41,144 nt of DNA from Fibrobacterota bacterium (lineage in GTDB: Bacteria > Fibrobacterota > Fibrobacteria > UBA11236): positions 1 through 41,144 of the forward strand of contig JAYUVP010000355.1 of NCBI GenBank assembly GCA_043753995.1, written 5' to 3'. Positions 6,888-15,092 of the stretch are shown here, in pieces. The notes under the pieces were generated by a model. That model worked only from the letters and a program-made list of their open reading frames with translations. It ran no database searches and was not told where the DNA came from. Every line of letters starts with the position of its first letter. Position 1 is the first letter of the stretch. A program made the translations under genes and the position numbers.

Positions 6888-8351
6888 ATGGCCGCCTCCT
6901 CCCAAAGTTCGCTGGCTCAAGCCCATCAAGCGCATAGCCGTGACGCTTCTGAAGCACAAGCCAATTCGAGTGCCCACGCCGTCCTGCGTGGACAAGGTCG
7001 GTTCACCCCCTTAGCCACTCCCGTTTCAAGCGCCGCTCCAGAAGCCTCGCTCAGCCCCCATAGCCTGCCGGCCTCGGTGTCTCGCACCTTGGCACAAACG
7101 GGATCGCCCCTGCCCGCTACGGAAAAACAATGGATGGCGCAACGTCTGGGGCATAGCTTCGACGCGGTGCGTGTACATGACGATGGCGACGCGGCGCGAT
7201 CGGCCCTAGACCTGGGCGCACGCGCCTATACCGTTGGGCATCGGATGGCCTTCGCCCCCGGCGCCTATCGTCCGGGATCGACGGAAGGACGGCATTTGCT
7301 GGCGCATGAATTAACGCATGTGCTACAGCAAAAACAATCGGGACCGCGCTTGCAAATGCAAGTGGCGCCGGCGACGGGCACGACGACAACGGGCACGGCC
7401 ACAAGCACCGATCAACGAGATTTTGTTCGCGAGACCATCCGGTTTTTCGAGCGTTCCACGGAATACTATCAGCTCGTCTCCACGGTCGGTCCGGCGGTTT
7501 TCGATCGCGTCATCGACAGTTGGTATTCCATGGTTGTACGTCAGGAGCAGCTTATCGACTCGGACCTGGCGGGCGACGCCACCTTGAAGGCAAGCTTACG
7601 TGCCGCCTATATCGCCGCTTTGAGGATCTTGGTGAGCCAACGCGCCGCGGCTAGCGGCCAAACCGAAGATGATTTGTATCGCATCAATAGCGGCCGTATT
7701 CCCCTGTGGGCCCAGCCTAATCCCAGCCACCTGGAAGCGGGCGTTACCACGCCCATACCCGATGATGTGACCGTGACGGAAAGGCGGGGAAGATTTTTGT
7801 TTTCCCTCAATGGCTTCGACGTCACCGTCAGCCCGGATACACGTGTCCGCAGGCAAACCGACAGCGGTGTGACGCATCGCAGTATTGGTTGGGGTGGCAT
7901 ACGCGCCCGCTTTCGCGGCACGCGCGGGAATTTGGTCGCGACGTCCATCAATGGCCCGCCTACGCCAACCCTGACCTTGTTCACCAGTTATCGCCGCAGG
8001 GTAGACACCACGGCCACCTCGGCTTATGGCCGCGGCACAACGGCCGAAGACGTCGCTGGAGCCAGGGTCACCACCGAAAGCGATAGCTTGGCCTTTCATG
8101 AAAGCCGTCACAGCCAAGCGACCTTGGATTTCATACGCGCCAATAGGCCTCCGTCTTTCACGGGGCAAGTCGGCGATGCCATGGCCGATGTTAATTCGGC
8201 CATCACCCAATGGCAAAGCGATGCCCGCGACTATTCCAATCGCCTCAGCCGCGCCGACACGGATCAAGTCCATTGCGTGGGCTTCACCATCGATCAATTC
8301 CACCTCGCTAATGCCCGCCGAGGACAAAGAATCGTGAGCGAATGCCCGTAA
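6888..8351 (+). CDS. DUF4157 (eCIS core) domain protein with C-terminal HExxH domain
   Basis: GSPLP....WMAQRLGHSFDAVRVHDD..AARSA..LGARAYTVG...AFAPGAY.PGS.EGRHLLAHELTHVLQQ is a canonical DUF4157. Second motif LAFHESRH near 8090-8110. Confidence 0.9.
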   Translation: MAASSQSSLAQAHQAHSRDASEAQANSSAHAVLRGQGRFTPLATPVSSAAPEASLSPHSLPASVSRTLAQTGSPLPATEKQWMAQRLGHSFDAVRVHDDGDAARSALDLGARAYTVGHRMAFAPGAYRPGSTEGRHLLAHELTHVLQQKQSGPRLQMQVAPATGTTTTGTATSTDQRDFVRETIRFFERSTEYYQLVSTVGPAVFDRVIDSWYSMVVRQEQLIDSDLAGDATLKASLRAAYIAALRILVSQRAAASGQTEDDLYRINSGRIPLWAQPNPSHLEAGVTTPIPDDVTVTERRGRFLFSLNGFDVTVSPDTRVRRQTDSGVTHRSIGWGGIRARFRGTRGNLVATSINGPPTPTLTLFTSYRRRVDTTATSAYGRGTTAEDVAGARVTTESDSLAFHESRHSQATLDFIRANRPPSFTGQVGDAMADVNSAITQWQSDARDYSNRLSRADTDQVHCVGFTIDQFHLANARRGQRIVSECP

Positions 8352-8399
8352 TTTTGGTGAATCCACCTCGAACTCAAACCGTTTCGCCCCAAGGAAAAC

Positions 8400-8990
8400 A
8401 TGCTACACCTTAAGACCTTTCTCATTCGTGAAAAAGTCGGCTTGCTGAAATTATCCGATACCTATGACATTCTGGATTTAGCGACTCAAGCCCAAGTAGG
8501 CATCGCCAAGGAAAAGCCCGGAACCCTCATTCTCCTTTTGCGACTGTTGATCAATAAGCGCATGCTGCCCACCCAGGTCAGGATTTATTCGGGGTCGAAT
8601 TTCGAAGATGAAAGCAAATTGATCTTTTCCATTCATCGGGGATTCAACTTTTTATTGCCAAAAATCAGCATTTGCGATGCCGCTGGAAAAACTGTCGGAT
8701 ACTTGAAAAGCAAACTTTGGACGATTGGCGGCGCCTTTCGCGTTTTTGACGCCGCCGACAATGAAGTTGCCGAAGTGAAGGGAGATTGGAAGGGTTGGAA
8801 TTTCCGTTTCTCGGATTCGAATGGAAATGAAGTCGGCACCATTACGAAAAAATGGGCCGGACTTGGAAAAGAACTTTTTACCTCAGCCGACAATTATGTG
8901 ATTTCGCTTAGCCAGGCGGAAAATCCCGGCAAGGTCATGCTTTTACTGGCCGCAGGTTTGGCCATCGATACCGTTTTTAAAGAGAAGTAA
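8400..8990 (+). CDS. Scramblase/LURP-one (tubby C-terminal-like) family protein
   Basis: YDILD...VG.AKE, GDWKGWNF, GTITKKWAGLGKELFTSADNY, LLLAAGLAID; AAGGA RBS. Confidence 0.85.
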   Translation: MLHLKTFLIREKVGLLKLSDTYDILDLATQAQVGIAKEKPGTLILLLRLLINKRMLPTQVRIYSGSNFEDESKLIFSIHRGFNFLLPKISICDAAGKTVGYLKSKLWTIGGAFRVFDAADNEVAEVKGDWKGWNFRFSDSNGNEVGTITKKWAGLGKELFTSADNYVISLSQAENPGKVMLLLAAGLAIDTVFKEK

Positions 8991-9099
8991 AAGTCCGGAG
9001 CGACACGAAATCTCCCAAAAACCTGCGGCTAAACCGGCTCGGGTGGCCAAGTCGATTTGATAGGTTCGTCACTGAACCTTTTTCGATTTAGGGGGCACC

Positions 9100-9585
9100 A
9101 TGTTGCTCAAACTTGGGCTAACCAGCCTAGCCGGACTTACCGCTTTCGCTCTATCGGCTTGCAATAGCACCACCGATTCCGCGGATTCCGAACCTACCAA
9201 GGCTAAGGCGCTCGTGGGCAAGGACTGGCATCTCGTCGCTTATCGCTATGAACCTGGCCTAAATATCAGTGGCGAAACCATCACGGACAATTTCGTTTTA
9301 TTATCGCCTTGCGTTACGGATGGAAAAGCCAGATACTCCGCCGACAACACCTTTCTCGACGACGAAGGCCCCTCGAAATGCGAAGCAGATAACCATCAGA
9401 CGAATTCAGGAAAATGGTCTTTCAATCAGAACCAGACTGCTTTGATCAAAACCTATAGCGGTGGCTCGTCCGAGGCCTTTACGATCGAAACGCTCAATGA
9501 CACCTCCCTGGTCATTTCCAAACTCGACTCCACTTTGGGCGATGAGGAAACCCATAAAGTGACTTTCGGATATTCCTCGCGCTAG
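9100..9585 (+). CDS. Lipocalin-like lipoprotein
   Basis: Lipobox LSAC; LVGKDWHL, C..D......F..DEG..KC, GKWSFN, FTIETLNDTSLVI. Confidence 0.75.
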   Translation: MLLKLGLTSLAGLTAFALSACNSTTDSADSEPTKAKALVGKDWHLVAYRYEPGLNISGETITDNFVLLSPCVTDGKARYSADNTFLDDEGPSKCEADNHQTNSGKWSFNQNQTALIKTYSGGSSEAFTIETLNDTSLVISKLDSTLGDEETHKVTFGYSSR

Positions 9586-9590
9586 GCGCC

Positions 9591-10406
9591 TTATGCCGCA
9601 AAAGCGTGTAGCGCTCCGTCAGGCAATACCTTGGCGCAGAGTAAAGGCCGTGTCGCCTGCGCAAAAACCTGAGGCTTGCGCAGCCAGGGATTGACGAGAT
9701 TGCCCACCGCCGCATCTACGGTTTCGCGGCGTAGGACCCAGCTCCAGCCGGTGGGCAAATCCACCTCGTAATCATAGGCTTCCAGCCATCCCGTCAAATC
9801 TTTCGCGCCAGTCACTGCCGACCAACGTATCTCGCATGTGACCTGCACCTCCACCACCGGAAAGGGTGCTTGCCGGTAGACGGCCTGGAATTGAAAAACA
9901 TGGCCACGCGGCAATAGCGTCTCATGGTGGATTTGAAAATCGAGCAGGGAAATCAAAACCGGCTCTTGCGTGACCGTGATTTCAGGCCTATCTCCCGCTA
10001 GCCGATGCAACCACTCGCCCGCCAACCGCGTCAAGTCGCTTTCGCCTAAACTGCCTTCGCCGAAAGGCAGAGCCGCCAGACGCTGCGCCGGTTTTTTTCC
10101 GGACGCGAAGAGCACGCCGTTTTCAAATTCTTGCCATTGCGATTTCGTTTTTCCCGGCCATGATTTCGGAGCGCCCAGGGGATAGCCTAATTCTGACCCT
10201 CCACCCTGATTGCTTAACCAGGCGTCGGCAAAGCCGACGGGTATGGGGGCTGCACCCAAATCTGGGTGATAGGTTGCAAGACCCCGCTCGCATCGAAGCA
10301 ATTGCCCTTCACCGTCGGGAGAAATTTCCGGTGCGCCCAGGGGTCGGCCTAAATTCCAGGTTTCCTGCAGGCCTGAAAATGCATCTAATAGGCTGTCGGT
10401 GGTCAT
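9591..10406 (-). CDS. LGFP-repeat-containing protein
   Basis: W..LGRPLGAPE.SPDG.G....CERG and W...GG.GSELGYPLG......WQEFENGVL are LGFP-repeat-like. Confidence 0.7.
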   Translation of the reverse strand: MTTDSLLDAFSGLQETWNLGRPLGAPEISPDGEGQLLRCERGLATYHPDLGAAPIPVGFADAWLSNQGGGSELGYPLGAPKSWPGKTKSQWQEFENGVLFASGKKPAQRLAALPFGEGSLGESDLTRLAGEWLHRLAGDRPEITVTQEPVLISLLDFQIHHETLLPRGHVFQFQAVYRQAPFPVVEVQVTCEIRWSAVTGAKDLTGWLEAYDYEVDLPTGWSWVLRRETVDAAVGNLVNPWLRKPQVFAQATRPLLCAKVLPDGALHAFAA

Positions 10407-10467
10407 TAGGCCTCCTAAAAGGATTTTAACTTCTCAAATCGAAATAAACTTCAGGAAGGACCTCGGC

Positions 10468-11160
10468 ATGGACGCCGGACTCATTCTACCTCCCTGTAAA
10501 TTGCGTCTTATTGGCACGGATGCCATTCATCCCTTGCTGCAAGACGCCATCGACGAGTTATGGCGCTTGAAACACGACGCCGTCGAAGTATGTCGGCATT
10601 CCTCTCCGCCTGTGGACATGGGTGATGGCCAGGAAATATGGCTATTGGGCGAAGCGACGGCGATTGCGTCCTTGCGAAATCGAGGCAAATCCCAGGCCCA
10701 GCCCGCTTGCCTTTTTCTCTGCGCGCGCTCTTCTCCTGAACCCCTGCCTGACTTACGTCGATTCTCCGTCGCCGATTGGATTTTTCATCCTTGGGCGCCA
10801 GGAGAATTGGGGCTGCGATTGTGCGCCTTACTAGCGAGAGTAAAAGGCCCTCCGCAAATTGCCGACCATGCCTTTTTTCAAGCCGGTTCCGAAAGCGCGC
10901 GCCTTCCCCTGAAGCGGGCCAAGGCCGATGCGGTGTCTGCCTTCGAACGCGGCTATCTGGCAAGCCTCATGCAAACCCATGCGGGCAATGTGAGCGCCGC
11001 CGCCCGCGCCGCGCGCAAACATCGGCGCGCCTTTTTGGCCCTCTTGCGCAAGCATCGCATTGACGCAGGGCTATTTCGAAAGGCAGAGAGCCCGGCGGCG
11101 AGGCCGCGCCTGGTTTTGGCGAAACGCGGCGCCCGCGAAATCGAATTGGCGGAGACTTAA
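10468..11160 (+). CDS. Fis-type HTH regulator with degenerate receiver-like N-terminus
   Basis: LKRAK..VSAFERGYL..LM..HAGNVSAAARAA...RRAF..LLRKHRID is an NtrC/GlrR-type HTH. VADWIFHPWAPGELGLRL resembles the end of a REC domain. GGAAGGA RBS before ATG 10468. Confidence 0.7.
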   Translation: MDAGLILPPCKLRLIGTDAIHPLLQDAIDELWRLKHDAVEVCRHSSPPVDMGDGQEIWLLGEATAIASLRNRGKSQAQPACLFLCARSSPEPLPDLRRFSVADWIFHPWAPGELGLRLCALLARVKGPPQIADHAFFQAGSESARLPLKRAKADAVSAFERGYLASLMQTHAGNVSAAARAARKHRRAFLALLRKHRIDAGLFRKAESPAARPRLVLAKRGAREIELAET

Positions 11161-11192
11161 GGGGAGGCGGTGCATCAAGGGTTAAGCCCGAC

Positions 11193-11825
11193 TCACTTCT
11201 TCAGCAATTTGAAGGCATGAGTCCAGTGATTGTTTTTGAAACCGAATTGTATCCAGAGCATGGCATAGCATTCGATCCAATACGCTTGGGCAATGCCGCC
11301 CAAATCATTCACGCTGCCCCAATGCCAGGCTTTGGCGATTTCGGCCACCTTGGCCTTGGCGCCTTCGTCATTGCCGGCGATGAATAAATCCGCGACGCCT
11401 TCTTCAAGGCGGGCGTCAATCATGTACTTAGCCGTGACAATATTGAAAGCTTTGACCACCTTGGCGCCAGGTAGCCAACTCTGCACCAGCTCGCCCGCGG
11501 AGCTGGGATAGACCACGGCCAGCTTAGGTGGTGGGCCAGCGGAAAAATCCAAGGGATTGGTGACGTCGACGACGATTTTCCCCTTCAGATTTTCTGCGCC
11601 GACTAGCTTCAGGGCATTTTCCGTGCCGCTCCAAGAGGTGCAAATGAAAACAATGTCGGCCGCGGCGGCTTCGGCAAAGGTGCCCGCCTTTGCTCCGGAT
11701 TTCGCGGCGAAATCGGCGAGCTTGGCGGGCTCACGCGACCCTATGGTCACGGCATAGCCGATTTTCATGAGGCCGGTGGCCAAGGTCTGCCCTACGGGGC
11801 CTGAACCGAGAATGCCTGCTTGCAT
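11193..11825 (-). CDS. NADPH-dependent F420 reductase-like / NAD(P)-binding oxidoreductase
   Basis: GILGSGPVG Rossmann motif; GSREP; VVDVTNPL; S.GE.VQ..LP.AKVVKAFN; GND..AK..V; DLGGI. Confidence 0.9.
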   Translation of the reverse strand: MQAGILGSGPVGQTLATGLMKIGYAVTIGSREPAKLADFAAKSGAKAGTFAEAAAADIVFICTSWSGTENALKLVGAENLKGKIVVDVTNPLDFSAGPPPKLAVVYPSSAGELVQSWLPGAKVVKAFNIVTAKYMIDARLEEGVADLFIAGNDEGAKAKVAEIAKAWHWGSVNDLGGIAQAYWIECYAMLWIQFGFKNNHWTHAFKLLKK

Positions 11826-11938
11826 TTGTACTCCCTGATGATGTGAATAGGTAGCGGATGGTTAAAATGGAAAATGACCTTGGGGATGTCAGGTAGACTG
11901 AAGGATAGCGATTCGTTTCCAGATCAAGAAAAGCCAAT

Positions 11939-11952
11939 AAATACATGTATTT
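11939..11952. promoter_or_regulatory. Perfect 14-bp palindrome AAATACATGTATTT, candidate operator in a divergent promoter region
   Basis: Self-complementary sequence between the divergent oxidoreductase and TIGR00645 genes. Confidence 0.4.
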
Positions 11953-11989
11953 TGTTAACCTCACCCCTCATTCAACGTGGCTATACATC

Positions 11990-12565
11990 ATGAATTCGCC
12001 CAAGATTCCCAAGCTCAATCCCCTGTCCTGGCTCATTTTCAGCTCGCGCTGGATGCAATTGCCTTTGTATCTCGGCCTCATCGTCGCCCAGGGCGTTTAT
12101 GTCGTGCTTTTCATCAAGGAGTTGGTGCATCTCTTTCTAGGCGCGACCAGCTTGAGCGAACAGCATGTCATGCTGGCGGTTTTAGGCCTCATCGACGTGG
12201 TGATGATATCCAATTTGCTGGTTATGGTTATTGTGGGTGGCTATGAAACTTTCGTATCACGCCTCAATTTACAAGGCCATCCCGATCAGCCTGAATGGCT
12301 GAGTCATGTGAATGCTTCGGTGCTCAAGGTGAAACTGGCCATGGCCATTATCGGCATCAGCTCGATTCATTTGCTGAAAACCTTTATCGCCATCGGTACC
12401 CTGGGTGCGGAAGTCGACGATTCGCATTTGGGGACGCATTACACCCAAACCGGCGTGATGTGGCAAACCATCATTCACGTGGTTTTCATTTTTTCCGCGG
12501 TCGGCATAGCCTGGACGGATAATTTGATGTCGCAAGCCTCCAAGCAGGTGAAGTCTGTTCATTGA
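11990..12565 (+). CDS. TIGR00645 / UPF0114 (YqhA-like) inner membrane protein
   Basis: SRWMQLPLYLGL, VLGLIDVVMISNLLVMVIVGGYETFVSRL...HPDQPEWLSHV...LKVKLAMAIIGISSIHLLKTF. Confidence 0.9.
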   Translation: MNSPKIPKLNPLSWLIFSSRWMQLPLYLGLIVAQGVYVVLFIKELVHLFLGATSLSEQHVMLAVLGLIDVVMISNLLVMVIVGGYETFVSRLNLQGHPDQPEWLSHVNASVLKVKLAMAIIGISSIHLLKTFIAIGTLGAEVDDSHLGTHYTQTGVMWQTIIHVVFIFSAVGIAWTDNLMSQASKQVKSVH

Positions 12566-12566
12566 A

Positions 12567-15056
12567 TTGAGTGAATCCGAATACAAAAAAAAGAATTCCC
12601 GGAAACAACGCACGGTCTGGATCCTTGCCTTGGCCCTCCTGGGTGGCGTTTTTTCCGGCTGTCTCACCGACAATAGGGGCACATCCGCAACACCGAATTC
12701 CGTCGATACCTTGCTGTTTTATCCGAATGGCATAAGGAAGCCGCCCCCTCCCAAGGTGATTTACTCCACCCATGGACCCAAGGTGGTTCTTACTATTTAT
12801 GGCACACAGAGTCATGATGCTGACGATTACTGGGTGATGAGAAATAACCGACTCTTGGAGCAGCCCACCTATTTATCCCGCGACTCCAATTTCAGCCAGT
12901 TTCGCTTGGTCGATAGCCTCGAAACCCCCGGTGTTTATACCTATACCGTGCAATACGGTTATAACTCAACGCACTTAAGCAATAAAACTCCGGCTTTTGT
13001 TTATGACTTTCCGGGACTATCGCGATCGGGATTGATTTCCTTGGATTTGCGCGAAGAATCCTTTGTCGAAGTCACGGTCGCCACGCCTGAAAATGAATTG
13101 GCCAAGCAAGTGATTATCGAAAGAAAGGTGGGATCCCAAGGCAATGTTTTGGCTTTGAAAACTTTATCGCGATCCCAAGGCCAATCGGTATTCACCTATG
13201 TCGATACCAACTGGGTATCCCTGGATACCGTCCTCTATTACCGGTCCACCAGTTTAGATGCCGTCACGGAAAAATGGCTAGAGCCCACGCCTTGGGATTC
13301 GATTCGCATCCATCAAAAGACATGGAAATACTTGCCGGAAGTCGCTTCCAGAATAAGAGGAGAAGAAATCTTTTTTCTTATCCAGAATCCCTTCGGGAAA
13401 TCCGCAAAGACTTTTTACCGACTTTATCGAAATACCCGCGAGTCCTCGGAAGGCAAAACCTTGGTGGATTCCTTGTCGGGATTTGAAATCGATAACAATG
13501 CCTCCTTATCCGCAAGCGCCATCGATTCGGGAACTTTTTATTTCTGGGTGGAAGCAAGCGATGGTCTCGGTCGCAACTCGCCGCGCTCGGTTCCCATACG
13601 TGTCGAATTTAATGGCCTCCCCTTTGGCCCCGAAATTCAATCGCTTCAAGTCCGGCCTGCCACGATTCAATTGGGTCTGGACTTGGATTCGAGAATCACG
13701 TCCGTGATTCTCCATCGAACCCAGGATACCCTGGCGAGTCTTACCCTAGTCGACACGATTTCAATATCCGACTTGCGTTCTGGAACTTATTGGTATGATG
13801 TGCCACCCAGCGCGGGAATATGGTTTTATCGACTGGTAGCGCTCTCTGATGGGAAGCCCTCCAACCCAGGGTATTGGATTCAAACGGGCTATTTTAAACC
13901 AAGCCAACAAGTGAATTCCATGAAGGCCACCATTTCCTATCAAGGACTTGGCGAGGTCGAGGCCACCGTTGATCGCGTTTCCAATGCCACCCATATCCTC
14001 TATCGAAGTGCCTATCCAGACGGCAAGGATTCGGTCGCCGTAGACACCTTGGGTCCATCAGAGACTATTTCGGTTTTACGCGACAAGCCCAAAAAGGGAA
14101 CTTGGTATTACTGGGTTTATCGCTTCGACGAACCGAGTTATAGTCCCTTTCTCGTATCACGATCCCAAACCGAAAAGGTGGTTTATCCCGACCAGCCAAT
14201 AGGCCCTAGAATCATTTCGCTAGAGCTTTACGGCAGCGGAATCGATGTAAACCTGGGCGCCGATCCTTCGGCAACTGCCTTTGTCACCGAAAGAAGTTTT
14301 GAAAAATCTAATGAGTGGGTCGCTATTGACACACTTTACAATTCCTTGATTCTTAAAGTGTTCGATCACCCGCCTAAAAATGGAATGTGGTCTTATCGCG
14401 TACGCTGTATTTTGCCCAATTTAACCTTAAGTGATCCCGGTCCCGTGATGCAAACCAAGGAGACTTGGAACTATCACCTGACCTATAGTGAAAATCTCAT
14501 CACTGAAATTGCCAATCGCGGAATCGAGGTGGAAGTCACCCTAACCACCTCTGCAGCCTATGGATTCCTACTCAGGCGAGCATCGACAAACAATTTTGAA
14601 GCCTCCACCCCGGTCGACACCGCTCCTATTGGCGACGCCGACCAAAGGATGACCGATATTCCGTCCAAAGGCTTGTGGTATTACTGGGTGGAGCGTCTGG
14701 TAGGAAAAAATGAAAATCTGAATTCTGCCTATCGTAGCGCATCCATGAAAATCGACTTCACCGGGGTGCCCGAAATTTCCTCAGTAACTCAAATAGGGAC
14801 CACGATTCAAATCCGTTTTCCTCGCCTTGATATCGCTGATAGCCTTGAGATTTGGAAGAGCAGCGGCAAACCGGATGACCTGGCATCCTACTCACGCATG
14901 GCAATCCGGGCGGGCAATGAATCTTTGAGAAGTGTCACCGACCTGTTCTCGTCCGATACGCCAACCGGCTTTTATCACTACCGCCTTAAGCTGCGGCATG
15001 GCGGGACACTTTCCGATTTCGGGGCGGTCAAGACCCTTTATTATGAAGTGATGTAG
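12567..15056 (+). CDS. Large lipoprotein with tandem fibronectin-III-like domains
   Basis: Lipobox FSGC after a basic N-terminus and hydrophobic core. About 8 modules of ~95 aa ending D.P...G.[WYF].Y[RW][LV]. Confidence 0.75.
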   Translation: MSESEYKKKNSRKQRTVWILALALLGGVFSGCLTDNRGTSATPNSVDTLLFYPNGIRKPPPPKVIYSTHGPKVVLTIYGTQSHDADDYWVMRNNRLLEQPTYLSRDSNFSQFRLVDSLETPGVYTYTVQYGYNSTHLSNKTPAFVYDFPGLSRSGLISLDLREESFVEVTVATPENELAKQVIIERKVGSQGNVLALKTLSRSQGQSVFTYVDTNWVSLDTVLYYRSTSLDAVTEKWLEPTPWDSIRIHQKTWKYLPEVASRIRGEEIFFLIQNPFGKSAKTFYRLYRNTRESSEGKTLVDSLSGFEIDNNASLSASAIDSGTFYFWVEASDGLGRNSPRSVPIRVEFNGLPFGPEIQSLQVRPATIQLGLDLDSRITSVILHRTQDTLASLTLVDTISISDLRSGTYWYDVPPSAGIWFYRLVALSDGKPSNPGYWIQTGYFKPSQQVNSMKATISYQGLGEVEATVDRVSNATHILYRSAYPDGKDSVAVDTLGPSETISVLRDKPKKGTWYYWVYRFDEPSYSPFLVSRSQTEKVVYPDQPIGPRIISLELYGSGIDVNLGADPSATAFVTERSFEKSNEWVAIDTLYNSLILKVFDHPPKNGMWSYRVRCILPNLTLSDPGPVMQTKETWNYHLTYSENLITEIANRGIEVEVTLTTSAAYGFLLRRASTNNFEASTPVDTAPIGDADQRMTDIPSKGLWYYWVERLVGKNENLNSAYRSASMKIDFTGVPEISSVTQIGTTIQIRFPRLDIADSLEIWKSSGKPDDLASYSRMAIRAGNESLRSVTDLFSSDTPTGFYHYRLKLRHGGTLSDFGAVKTLYYEVM

Positions 15057-15092
15057 AGCCGGGGCGAGGGGATTCCCTGGCCCCCACCACCT

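Noticed and set aside
835..6900. Integron cassette array
   Set aside because: No integrase, mixed gene orientations and no recurring RYYYAAC...GTTRRRY attC boundaries found; the spacers are explained as gene fragments.
7596..8366. 256-aa antisense ORF (also 15041..15838, 15146..15907, 37590..38354 and similar)
   Set aside because: Shadow ORFs of GC-rich genes with clear motifs on the other strand or frame; no motifs of their own.
8400..8990. Scramblase-like gene as immunity for the DUF4157 protein
   Set aside because: Only adjacency supports it. The family is widespread on its own and has its own RBS after a 48-bp gap.
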